64,000 bases of DNA from Myxococcales bacterium (GTDB lineage: Bacteria > Myxococcota_A > UBA9042 > JABWCM01 > BTVJ01): NCBI GenBank assembly GCA_045863395.1, contig BTVJ01000023.1, forward strand, positions 1-64,000, given 5' to 3'. Both the position numbers and the translations under genes were made by a program. The notes under the pieces are model-generated. The model ran no database searches. It saw nothing but the letters and a program-made list of their open reading frames with translations, and was not told the origin of the DNA. This document shows positions 28,076 to 39,651 of this stretch, piece by piece. Numbering within the stretch: position 1 is the first letter of the stretch; the number at the start of each line of letters is the position of its first letter.

Positions 28076-30925
28076 ATGAAGCTGACGACTCCCATCCTGG
28101 GTGCGACCCTGTGCCTGGCGTCCCTCTCCGTCATGGTACCCGCTCATGCCTTTGACCGCGTGTACACGGAGGCCGTGGTCGACGACATCTCCAAGATCGC
28201 GTGGTACGATCTGACGGTGTGGGGCGGGCAGCAGTAAACGTTCGAGACGTCCGATCTCTCGGCGATCGGCGGCTGTTTGGCGGACACCGTGCTTCACGTG
28301 ATCGACCGGAGCAACAGCACCTGGATCGCCACCAACGACGACTGCGGCGGCAGCCGCCGGTCCTGCGTGACCTTCACGGCGCCGGGCGGTGGAGGGACCT
28401 CGCGCACGGTGCGCGCCATCGTCCATGGGTACGCGACGTGCTCCCGCTCCACCGGGACCTTCACGGCCACGGGCTCCAGCCTGAGCTTCACTCGGATCAA
28501 CCAGATCTTCGGCGGACACGTGCTGAGCGCACCGACCGAGGCGCCTGGCTGGGAGGATGGCGACACCTTCCAGGCCGTCCGCCTGATGAATGGCGCTCCG
28601 TCCTCGTTGAGCATCGTTGCCTGGGGCTTCTCGAGCGGCACCTTGCGGCCCGCGGGCTGGTCGTTCGGCGGCGGCCACAACGGGGGTGCGGTCATGACGA
28701 CGACCGGGCCGGCGGCGGCGACCTACTCTTCGAAGCGCATCGCCGTGGGCACGAGCGCCGCCGTCGACGGCGGGGGGCTGGCGAGGCTCTACGTCAACGA
28801 CTACGCCGCCGGCGATGCGGATGGCGACGGGCTTGGGGACGCGCTGGAGGCGGCGCTGGGGACCTGTGGCGGAACGAGCTGCTCCAGCGGCAATGGGAAC
28901 CCAAAGGACACGGACGGAGACGGTCTGCCGGACGCGCTCGAGCTGCTGGGAGACGCGACGAACCTCCTCGCCTTCTGGGGAGCCGACCCGCTCCACAAGG
29001 ACGTGTTCGTCGAGGTGGACCGCCACTCCGGAGGCAACACGCTGTCGGCCACGCAAGTCGCGGACGTCCAGGCGATCTACGCGACGGGACCGACGGGGAG
29101 CCTGGAGAACCCGGACGATGAGGATGGCCTCCGCCTGCACGTCGATAACGGGGTCAGCTCCTGCTCGGGCGGCGTGTGCTCGACGCTGTACGGCGACTGG
29201 GGCGGCGCCCGGCCGCACTCGGCGGAGTACGACTACATCGTCTCGGCGACGGAGCACATGGCGGAGTCCCGCCGCGGCGTGTTTCGTCACGCTCTCGCGG
29301 GCCTGGACAGCAGTGGCGGCACGACCACCGAGTGGATGCTTGGCTTCGGGAACGGCGACGCTGACGACGGCATGCGGGCATTTGCCCACGAGCTCGGCCA
29401 CTCGCTCGGAATCGACGAGCACTCGGGCGGAGGAGCAGACTTCCACTGCAAGCCGAACTACCCGAGCTTGATGAGCAGGGCGTTCAACTACGTAGACGGC
29501 GTCGGCTTCTCGAACGGAGGCCTCCTGCCGCTGAATCCCTGGAACCTCTGCGAGGCGAATGGCATCGGGGACGACCCGTCGCTGCTGGCCACTCATTACA
29601 ACCTGACCGTGGACGGAAACGGAGTCGACTGGAACCGGGACGGAGTGATCAGCGGGTGCAACGACCCGGTGCAGGCGAACATCCTGTGGGCGAACGCTGG
29701 GGGCTGCGACTCGGTGAAGGCGTACCGCACCTGGAACGACGCCGACGCGCGACGCGGCGACCAGACGGGGGTGGCAGCGTTTGACGATTCGCTCGTGGCG
29801 GTCTACCGTCGCAACACGACTGCTGAACTCAGGTTCAAGGCGTTCACGGGTCTCCTGGACGTGTGCGTCCCGCCGCAGACCGAGGGGTGTTGTCCCGCGG
29901 GGACCGTGGGGGAGTGCGGGACGTGGACGGCTGCAGCGGCCCTGGGCGGCGGAGCCGTCGACTCGGCCGCCGCGCTCGTGCGGTTCGACTTGAGCGGCGT
30001 CATTCCGGTGATCGCCGTGTTCTACGTCAAGACCGTCGGAGGCACACCACGGCTCTACCGCAACGTCCTGACGGAGGACCTCATCGCCGGAACACCGCAG
30101 GTGGTCTCGGTGAACACGCCCCCGTTCGTCGACTCAAACGACGGGTCGGTGGTCGGCGCTGCGCTGCACGACGGAGTCATCTGGGTCGTCTACCGGGCCG
30201 CCGACAACACGCTCCACCAGGTCAAGCTCAACAACAGCCTCTCCGTCCTGAGCCAGGGTCCTGTGGTCGACGCTCAATCGACGCCGTTCACTTCCGGACA
30301 GGCGCCCAGCCTCGCCGTGGACCCGGTCTCGGGTGCGCTTCTTGCGGTGGTACGGATTCTGGAGCCATCCAAACGGCTCAGGCTGCTGCGTAACGTGAGC
30401 GGTACCACGTGGGAGCTGCCGAGCGGCGTCTGGGGAACATTCCTATACTCGGGCGGTGGTCCGGCGACCCTGGTTGCAGCACCGAGCGCAGGTCCGCAGT
30501 CCATGTCCATCTGGTACGTGCTCGCCAGTGAGACGAATCCGGGGCGGTTGTACAAGGCCTTCACCACGACGAGCCTGTACTTCAAGCTGGCGCGGTTGGC
30601 GACGCACCCGTGGTCGTGGGGACATGGAGGCGGAGTCGGGAGCACGGAGTGGCAAGGGCGGGTGCAGGCGGTGGCGAACTGGTACAACGAGAAGCCCGGT
30701 GATGGCGAGTCCGACCCCGACAACTACAAGCTCCAGCACTACCCCTTCGCCGACGGCGTGTTCGACTACGACTTCGAGAGCTTCGACGATTGGGCGACGA
30801 TGCGCGACGGAATGTGCACATACCTGAAGGGCGCCGTCGCCGGAGGGACCGCCGTCTGTGTGCCTCCGGGAGTAACGCCGTCCTTCGGCACGCCGCCGGA
30901 GGTGGTCTGCCCTGGGAACGAGTAG
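28076..30925 (+). pseudogene. secreted multidomain zinc metalloprotease (metzincin-like) with an in-frame TAA at codon 54
   Basis: ATG 28076 with a signal peptide ending AHA, in frame with the 28277 ORF, interrupted by TAA at 28235-28237. Motifs DADGDGLGD and DTDGDGLPD, HELGHSLGIDEH and NYPSLM. Beta-rich C-terminal region. Confidence 0.8.
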
Positions 30926-31000
30926 GAGTCGCCAGGCGCTCCCGGGCTCTTGTGGGTGCTGGGGAGCATCGGAGTCGACCAGAGTCTGTGGAGCGTGCCC

Positions 31001-32557
31001 ATGGGAGCTGTACATCGAGGTGGACTTCTGCTCGTCGTCGCATTCGCTGCGTCCTGTCGCTGCGGTGGTGGCGGAGAGACAGCGCCAGGGACGGGACCGG
31101 ATGGGGGAGGGGCGACGGTGGACGCCGGCGAGCCCGCGGCCCCGAGTGACTCGGGCGCCACCGCTGATGCTGGCGGCCGCGTGCCGCGAGGGGATGGTGA
31201 CGGCGCCCCAGTGGGAATGGACGCGTCATCGAATGCCGCCGATGGGGCGGATCTCGGTGAGCACGCCAGGGACACGGGTGGGGCAGACACGGCCGGCGAT
31301 GCAGCGCATGGAGACGCAGGCGTCGAGGTCCCCTTGCCGTTCGAGCCTGAGGAGGGGGTAGAACTCCTGTGGCACCTGGACGATCCACTGTATCGCTGGC
31401 GCTTCCCGACGGAGGGGCGAGACGGGACGATCTTCGCGGTCCGATTCGTCTACGACTCGCCGGGGAGCACCACTGCGACTGCCCTCCAGCTCGTGCGACT
31501 GTCACCGAGCGGTGACGTGGGCAAGACGGTGGATGTGCCCAAGTCAGGTGACGTCTATCCGCCGGCTATTCGGCAGGACGGGGTGATCGTACTTGCGAGC
31601 GACGCCTTTGATAGTGAGCTTGGCGTGGTTTGCGGTCCGGTCAGCCTCCGCGCCTACAGCCCCGACCTGGAGCTTCTGTGGACCTTCACCGATCAGTCGC
31701 CGTTGCGGGTGACGGTCGCCATCCGGGCCGACAACGTGACGATGGCGCGCGTGGGTGCGCGCCTGCTCGCGATCTCTCCGGACGGCGAGCTGCTGTGGTC
31801 GCGGTCCGTTGGGACCATCGAGACGTGCGGCTTCGATGCGTCTCCGATGGACGGCGCGGTGATCGTGGGTCCGGGGAACATCTCCTACACCTTTGGGCAG
31901 GACAACACCGTCTATGCGTTCAGCCCTGAGCGAGAGGAGCTGTGGAAGACCCAGGTAACTGGGATCTCGTTCTGGAAGCGCCTCGTCCCGACGGAGGGGG
32001 GGCTCCTCTTCGTGCCCGGAGAGACAATGCCCGTGCTCTCGCTTCGGGGCGAGGTGGTCAACACCCTTCCGAAAGGCGGCGACCACCACATCGGTCTCTC
32101 AGGCGTGGGAGACGTCGCCATCGTCACAGGGACCGGGCACCCCCAGGGCTACACGTCGACAAAGAAGATCTGGGGTGTCCCGACCGGAAAGATCGTCGAC
32201 CCCGCCATCGGGTTCCGCACGACGAAGGGGCTCATCATCGGCGGTGCCTCGGGGATGAGCTCGAAGGCCGACGACCCCTACACCCACCCCACCGTCCGCG
32301 TGATCGACGCCCAGACCGGCGCCATCGTCGCCGAGCACTTCGGGAGCGAGAGCGGCTCCTTTGCCATTCGGGTCTATGGGTCGATCCTGCTCGACGACGG
32401 CACGGTCATCGCGCCCGGCGGGATCAGCGGAGACTACGGCCTGTATGCCATCCGGTTTCCCTACGGCGGGCTCGCCAAGACCGGGTGGCCCGTAGTGTTC
32501 GGCGACAACCAGCACTCGAACCGCTTTCGCCTCGCCCAAGCAGTCCCGCCCCCCTGA
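31001..32557 (+). CDS. lipoprotein with a PQQ-like beta-propeller
   Basis: Lipobox AASC, Asp/Gly/Ala linker, blades such as LLAISPDGELLW and VYAFSPEREELW, and C-terminal WPVVFGDNQHSNR. Confidence 0.78.
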   Translation: MGAVHRGGLLLVVAFAASCRCGGGGETAPGTGPDGGGATVDAGEPAAPSDSGATADAGGRVPRGDGDGAPVGMDASSNAADGADLGEHARDTGGADTAGDAAHGDAGVEVPLPFEPEEGVELLWHLDDPLYRWRFPTEGRDGTIFAVRFVYDSPGSTTATALQLVRLSPSGDVGKTVDVPKSGDVYPPAIRQDGVIVLASDAFDSELGVVCGPVSLRAYSPDLELLWTFTDQSPLRVTVAIRADNVTMARVGARLLAISPDGELLWSRSVGTIETCGFDASPMDGAVIVGPGNISYTFGQDNTVYAFSPEREELWKTQVTGISFWKRLVPTEGGLLFVPGETMPVLSLRGEVVNTLPKGGDHHIGLSGVGDVAIVTGTGHPQGYTSTKKIWGVPTGKIVDPAIGFRTTKGLIIGGASGMSSKADDPYTHPTVRVIDAQTGAIVAEHFGSESGSFAIRVYGSILLDDGTVIAPGGISGDYGLYAIRFPYGGLAKTGWPVVFGDNQHSNRFRLAQAVPPP

Positions 32558-32563
32558 CGCGCC

Positions 32564-32640
32564 TCGACCTCCTCCGTGACCGCGCTACCCCGGGCCACGC
32601 CTCCGCCGGGCGCGCTGCGGCCGCGCGTGGAGGGGGTCGA
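32564..32640 (+). terminator. GC-rich stem-loop between convergent genes
   Basis: Arms TCGACCTCCTCC and GGAGGGGGTCGA. No U-tract. Confidence 0.4.
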
Positions 32641-32772
32641 CGGACGGCGTAGACCCCATTGCTGAGGCACGCCGCTCCGGCCGCTGCGCTACGCGGTGAG
32701 CCACCATCTCGCTGGTGGGAGCCGCTGCGGGTCGAGAGGGGGGCGGGCGCAACGGGCGGGGTCTGCCCGGGG

Positions 32773-34416
<1,644 letters not shown>

Positions 34417-34521
34417 GGGATCGCTGTCGCCTCGGGCCTGGGATCCTCACCACCGCGCCACCGTCCGGCGCCGGGAGGGGTCGCCATCAGGCTCCGGCCA
34501 TCGGACCCACACGTTTGGCCC

Positions 34522-34613
34522 TTTATAGTCCCGGGGGCCGGAATTATCAACAGATTCGAGCCAAAGCGAGGTGCGGCGGTCCCTTGACGGTCCGAACGGG
34601 CGCGTGCTAACGT
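34522..34613. promoter_or_regulatory. back-to-back sigma70-type promoters for the kinase (-) and FHA (+) genes
   Basis: Minus strand TTGATA-N17-TATAAA at 34550-34522. Plus strand TTGACG-N18-TAACGT with an extended TG at 34584-34613. Confidence 0.6.
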
Positions 34614-34659
34614 CCCGCTCGGCACTCTTGGGGGCTCCACCTGACGGGAACTCGACGCG

Positions 34660-35937
34660 ATGATCACCTGCTCGCAGTGCGGCCGCGAAAACGAGATCTT
34701 CTTCAAGTTCTGCTTGGGCTGCGGCGCCGAGCTGGTCGCGGGTGCTCCGTCCAAGCCGAAGGTGGCGCCCAAGGCGGCAGCACGCCTCGCCGGGGCGCGT
34801 CCGACCGGCGCGCGGCTGCGCTCGGCGGTCGCCCAACCCGAGCCTGCTTCAGCCGCGGCGCCCGAGCCGAATCCCGAGCCCAAGCCGGCGCCCAAGCTCA
34901 CGCCGGCGCCCGATCCCAAGGCGGCGCCCGAGCCCAAGCCTGAGCCCAAACCGGCTCCGGAGCCGGTCGTCGCTGCGGCCGAGGCCGCCCCGCTGCGCCA
35001 CGACACGGTCGAGACCCGCACGATCATCGAGGGGCCGTCCGCCGAGCCAGAGGCTCCCGAGGCCTCTCCCGTAGCCGCCCCAGCCGCGGAGCCCGCATCC
35101 TGGGAGCCGGAGCCGCCCGCGGCAGCGCCCCCGGCCGCCGAGCCCTTGGCAGAGGCTGCGAAGCCGTGCCCGTCGTGCAACAAGCCCGTCGAGGCGGGCC
35201 ACCTGTTCTGCAAGAGCTGCGGCACCCGCATGGACCAGCCACCGCAGCCGGCGGAGGCCTCCGTCGCCGTGGACCAGCGCACGCACGTCACCGCCGCGCG
35301 CATGGGCAAGCTGGTCCTGATCCGCGCGGATCGCACGGATGGCTCCGTGTTCCCGCTCTATGAGGGCGTCAACAGCTTCGGGCGCGACGACACGGACATC
35401 TCCTTCCCGCAGGACGACTTCCTGGCGCCGCGCCACCTGGACGTCCACGTGGAGCCGGGGCGGGTGCGCATCCACCCCTACCCGACGGTCAACGGCACGT
35501 TCTACCGCATCCGCAGCGCCGTACACCTCGCGTCGGGGGACCAGTTCCGCATCGGGCAGCAGCTCCTCCAGATCGAGCTGGCGGACGCCATCGCCGAGAT
35601 GCTCAACGAGGACGGTCTGGAGCCCGTCGGTGCGGCCCTCCCGGCGCAGGTCTGGGGGCGGCTGCTCGTGCTCGTGGGGCCTGACACGGTCGCCAGCGCC
35701 TTCCTGCTCTCCGGCGACGAGATCGTCCTCGGGCGAGAGACCGGCCACATCACCTTCCCCCGCGACGGGTACGTCTCGGGCCGCCACGCGGCGCTGCGCC
35801 GGTCCCACGAGGGCACCGTCTCCCTCGTGGACCTGGGCTCGAGCAACGGCACCTACTACCGCACCAAGGGCGAGACGATGCTGGCGTCGGGCGACATGCT
35901 CCTCGCCGGCCAGCAGCTCTTCCGCGTCCAACTGTAG
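34660..35937 (+). CDS. double zinc-ribbon plus double FHA domain protein
   Basis: CSQC...FCLGCG, Pro/Glu/Ala linker, CPSC...FCKSCG and two FHA domains (...NGTF and SGRH...DLGSSNGTY). Confidence 0.9.
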   Translation: MITCSQCGRENEIFFKFCLGCGAELVAGAPSKPKVAPKAAARLAGARPTGARLRSAVAQPEPASAAAPEPNPEPKPAPKLTPAPDPKAAPEPKPEPKPAPEPVVAAAEAAPLRHDTVETRTIIEGPSAEPEAPEASPVAAPAAEPASWEPEPPAAAPPAAEPLAEAAKPCPSCNKPVEAGHLFCKSCGTRMDQPPQPAEASVAVDQRTHVTAARMGKLVLIRADRTDGSVFPLYEGVNSFGRDDTDISFPQDDFLAPRHLDVHVEPGRVRIHPYPTVNGTFYRIRSAVHLASGDQFRIGQQLLQIELADAIAEMLNEDGLEPVGAALPAQVWGRLLVLVGPDTVASAFLLSGDEIVLGRETGHITFPRDGYVSGRHAALRRSHEGTVSLVDLGSSNGTYYRTKGETMLASGDMLLAGQQLFRVQL

Positions 35938-35963
35938 CGCGTCGTCTTTCTGCGGAGCGGGCG

Positions 35964-37556
35964 TCAGGCGGCCGCCCGCGGGCGACCGCGCAGGGCCTCG
36001 AAGACCTGCGAGAGCAGCGCCCGCTGCTCATCGGCCGGGACCGCGTCGGGAGGATCGAACGTATAGGCGACTCCGGGTCGCCCCCCAGACTCCGCAGGGC
36101 GCCGGAGGTGGACCCTCAGCGCGGCGCTCCCCCTCGTAAGCACAATGTCCAGCCCGTCGGGGGTCGCGACCGGCTGCACCGGAGTCCACGCACCGAACCC
36201 CCGCTGCGCCCGCACCGCCTCCGCCATGCGGAGCAGCCGCCCCAGCTCGGCGTGGCGCCGGGCGATGGCGCCGGCGTCCGCTGCTTCGGTGACCTGCGCC
36301 CCCTCAGCGAGCGCCGTGAGCGCCCACACCGCGGCCCCGGCCCCCGCCGTCGGGTCCGTCGCCGACCCCAGGGAGACCCAGGCGTCGAAGCGGTCCGCGC
36401 GCATGTCGGGCGTGCGCCCGCCAGGGTCCGCCGCACCAGGCGGGCGCAGGTCGAGGCGGACCACCCCGGGTCCACCCCGCTCCACGAGCTGCACGGTCAC
36501 GTGACGCGCCGGCTCGTCCGTGGCGATGCGAGCTGACCAGCGCGGTTGGGGCACAGACACGGCTTCCAGCCCTCGAGCCAGATGCAGCGGGAAGAAGCGC
36601 ATTCCCGGGTCCACGACCCGGAGCCGCTCCGGCGTGATGGGGTCGACCTCCTCGGTGCCGTAGAACTCCTGGTACAGCTCGAACAGGCCGTTGCACCGCG
36701 GCTTGAACAGACACCGATCACATGGAGGCGGGTGGCTCTTGTCGAGGCGCTTCACCTCGTACTTGTCCCAGGCCGCCTCCAGCCCGCTCTGCCCGCTCGC
36801 CGATACGGTGACGGTGTGCTCGCCGTCGTGGTGGATGCGGTGGGCGTGCTCCGGCAGCAGGCAGAAGGGGTAGTTGCCCAGGTTGACGTCGAAGCCCTCG
36901 TCGAAGCCGTCGAGCATGCGCCGCAGGTCGTCGCGCATGTCGCTGTAGCGCGGCAGGATGCTCCGCAGGTACTCCTTCGTGCGCTCCCCGGCGTCCGACG
37001 GGCGCACCATGTCGATGTGGAGCTGACGCACCCCGTAGTCCGCCATCAGCGCCGGGAAGGCCGCGACCGAGCGGTAGTTGGTCGTGGTCAGGCACATATT
37101 GGACGTGATGGTCGCGCCCTGGTCCCGCAGTGTGGCGAGGCTGTCCAGGATGCGCTGGAAGCTGCCCGGGTTGCACGTCGTGGCGTCGTGGTGCTCGTGG
37201 TCCGCCCCCTGCAGCGAGAACCGCCACGTCACGGGCCCAAGCGCAAGGACCCTGTCGATGAACGCCGGGTCGCAGGTCTTCACGCCGTTCGTGAAGAGGA
37301 CGATCTCGGTGTAGCCCAGCTCGTGGGCTGCCGCGAGGGCGGTGAAGAAGGACCGCTGGAGCGTCGGCTCGCCGCCGAGGAAGGTCACCTTCGTGACGCC
37401 GCGCTCTCGGGCCTGGCGCAGCTCCGTGATGACCGGGTCCGCGGGGATCTGCCGGGCCTGCTTCCACTCCGACACCTGCCCGCTCACGCAGAACACGCAC
37501 CGGTTGTTGCACAGGTGGCCGAGCTGGATCTCGATCTGAGGGGGGCTGTCCGTCAT
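35964..37556 (-). CDS. radical SAM protein (HxsC-like) with a C-terminal extension
   Basis: CNNRCVFC, GGEPT and TNG. C-terminal Cys cluster PFCLL...CDRCLFKPRCNG. GGAG RBS before ATG 37556. Confidence 0.88.
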   Translation of the reverse strand: MTDSPPQIEIQLGHLCNNRCVFCVSGQVSEWKQARQIPADPVITELRQARERGVTKVTFLGGEPTLQRSFFTALAAAHELGYTEIVLFTNGVKTCDPAFIDRVLALGPVTWRFSLQGADHEHHDATTCNPGSFQRILDSLATLRDQGATITSNMCLTTTNYRSVAAFPALMADYGVRQLHIDMVRPSDAGERTKEYLRSILPRYSDMRDDLRRMLDGFDEGFDVNLGNYPFCLLPEHAHRIHHDGEHTVTVSASGQSGLEAAWDKYEVKRLDKSHPPPCDRCLFKPRCNGLFELYQEFYGTEEVDPITPERLRVVDPGMRFFPLHLARGLEAVSVPQPRWSARIATDEPARHVTVQLVERGGPGVVRLDLRPPGAADPGGRTPDMRADRFDAWVSLGSATDPTAGAGAAVWALTALAEGAQVTEAADAGAIARRHAELGRLLRMAEAVRAQRGFGAWTPVQPVATPDGLDIVLTRGSAALRVHLRRPAESGGRPGVAYTFDPPDAVPADEQRALLSQVFEALRGRPRAAA

Positions 37557-37619
37557 CGCTCCATCCGGCGAGCCCACAGTGTGGTGCGGCGCCGGTGGCG
37601 ATGTCAACCGGGAGAGCGC

Positions 37620-38045
37620 TCACGCGGGCGGGAGTCGCGCCGTGCCCAGCCAGAACGTGTGGATGGCGCTGACCACGTGGAAGAAGCGGTCCAGGTCGAT
37701 GGGCTTCGTGACGTAGCAGTTCGCGTGGAGCTGGTAGACCTCCAGCACGTCCGCCTCGTCCTCGGATGTGGTCAGCACGACCACGGGAATGCGGCGCAGC
37801 TCTGGGTCCTGCTTGAGCTGCGCGAGGACCTCGCGGCCGTCCATGCGGGGCATGTTCAGGTCGAGCAAGATGAGCTGTGGCCGCAGCGCCTCTCCGTGGG
37901 GTCCCCCTCGCCGCAGGGTGTCGAGGGCCTCCAGGCCGTCGTGGGCCACTCGCAGGTCCACCGGCTCCCCCAGCTCCCCGAAGGCCTCCTGCGTCAGGCG
38001 AACGTCCGCGTCGCTGTCCTCGACGAGGAGGACGACCGGGCGCAT
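37620..38045 (-). CDS. single-domain response regulator (Rcp1-like)
   Basis: LLVEDS, LILLDLNMP, VVVLTTS and ANCYVTKP. Confidence 0.93.
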   Translation of the reverse strand: MRPVVLLVEDSDADVRLTQEAFGELGEPVDLRVAHDGLEALDTLRRGGPHGEALRPQLILLDLNMPRMDGREVLAQLKQDPELRRIPVVVLTTSEDEADVLEVYQLHANCYVTKPIDLDRFFHVVSAIHTFWLGTARLPPA

Positions 38046-38047
38046 CT

Positions 38048-39487
38048 CTAGAACCACTCGTTGAAGTGGAGCTCCAGGCTCAGGGCGAGGATGTCGTAGG
38101 ACGACTCGAAGTGGCCCGCATTGGCGGGGGCACCGTTGCCGCCCATGCACGGCCCGGCGCCAGGGCACGGCGACAGCGGGCGCTGCTGGAAGACCTTGCC
38201 CTCGGCCTCGCTGACGTCCACGCTCGGCTGGAAGACGTGCAGGTAGGAGACGCTCAGATCGATGCCCCAGTGCGTGAAGCGGAGGCCTCCGCCCACGCCC
38301 CAGCGGTCCAGCGAGAGGAAGTCGAGGTGGGTGTACGCCTTGGGCACGGCCCCCCGCTCCCAGTACGCTCCCGCCGAGATGCCGAACCAGTCCGGGACCG
38401 GCTCGACGCTGCCCCCGAGGCGCACGCTCACCGTGTCCCGCCAGGCCTTGGCGATGGTCAGGTCCGGCAGCGGGGTCGCGGTGAAGAGGTTGGACTCGCC
38501 GGACAGCTCGACGTCGTAGGACTCCAGCATGGACCAGGACTCGTAGACGGCGTCGAGCTCGATGTCGAAGACCTCCCGGTCCCCGTCCAGGTGGCGGTAG
38601 CGCAGCCCGAGGCGCGCCGTCATGGGCAACGTCAGGGGCATCTTCGCGTAGCTGTCGTTGACCTGGAGCTGCTCCGGCGTGAACTCGGCCTGCCCCGGGA
38701 CGTTGCGCAGGACCACGTCGCCCTCCGGGTCCAGGTAGACGGGCACGATGCGGCCAGCGACGCCCAGCTCCAGCTCGGGGATGACCCGCCACCAGGCGCC
38801 GATGACCGCCGAAAAGGCGAAGTCGTCCTTGAGGCGGAGGGTGGCCTCGACGTCCGCACTGCTGTAGTAGGGGTTGACCGCGCCGCCCGGCGTCGCGTCG
38901 ACGACCAGGCTGAACTCCGTCTTGGGCATGTGGACGTACTGGAGCGTCACGCCGACCCCGAAGACGTCCTTCCACCCGTAGGAGACCGCCGCGCTGTAGT
39001 ACATGAGCAGGATGTCCGTGGAGGTCAGCATGTACCGCTGCCCGCCGTCCACGGGGTAGTCCAGCTTGCCGACCGCGTTGGGCCCGTACACGCCGATGGC
39101 GAAGGTCCAGTCCTCGAGGCCGAAGTCCGAGGACAGGACGCCCATCATGCCCAGCGGGAAGAGCTCCTCGCCATTGTGGACCGGAGACAGGGGCGCGTCC
39201 TTCTGCGCGTAGGGGTCGGAGCGCGGGATGCTGCTCGGCGCCCGCTCGAAGGTCGTGGGGTGCCAGATCAGGTTGTGGGAGTAGAGGAAGCGGGTGCCCT
39301 TGACCCGCGACAGGCCGCCCGGGTTGAGGGCGATGGCCGTGAGATCGTCGGCCTTCGCGGTGAAGGCGCCGCCCCGGCCCACCGCGCGCGCGCCGTGGTC
39401 GGGGATCTCGAAGCCCCCGCCGCGTGCGTCGGACGCGACCCAGGAGAGGAACACCACTGCGACCTGCACGACACGGCGTCCCGACAT
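38048..39487 (-). CDS. FadL/OmpP1/TodX-family outer membrane transporter
   Basis: Signal peptide, then GGFE...GRGGAFTA-ADD...NPGGL. Amphipathic beta-strands and a terminal Phe. Confidence 0.85.
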   Translation of the reverse strand: MSGRRVVQVAVVFLSWVASDARGGGFEIPDHGARAVGRGGAFTAKADDLTAIALNPGGLSRVKGTRFLYSHNLIWHPTTFERAPSSIPRSDPYAQKDAPLSPVHNGEELFPLGMMGVLSSDFGLEDWTFAIGVYGPNAVGKLDYPVDGGQRYMLTSTDILLMYYSAAVSYGWKDVFGVGVTLQYVHMPKTEFSLVVDATPGGAVNPYYSSADVEATLRLKDDFAFSAVIGAWWRVIPELELGVAGRIVPVYLDPEGDVVLRNVPGQAEFTPEQLQVNDSYAKMPLTLPMTARLGLRYRHLDGDREVFDIELDAVYESWSMLESYDVELSGESNLFTATPLPDLTIAKAWRDTVSVRLGGSVEPVPDWFGISAGAYWERGAVPKAYTHLDFLSLDRWGVGGGLRFTHWGIDLSVSYLHVFQPSVDVSEAEGKVFQQRPLSPCPGAGPCMGGNGAPANAGHFESSYDILALSLELHFNEWF

Positions 39488-39651
39488 TCCAGTCCTCCCA
39501 TCCGACGAGGTCCGGCATTGGTAGCACGCGCCCGCGGAGGCGGTCAACCGTTGACACGACGCCGTTGATTCTTCGATGATGCCGGACTTCAGACGATCAG
39601 CCATCGGGCTGGCACCGGCGACGCGCCCCGTGGGGGCGGCAAGGAGTGGAC

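Noticed and set aside
25304..32559. Diversity-generating retroelement TR/VR pair (a repeat matching a gene 3' end)
   Set aside because: The 14 mismatches are not adenine-specific on either strand (C/T changes in both directions dominate), and no reverse transcriptase is present in the window.
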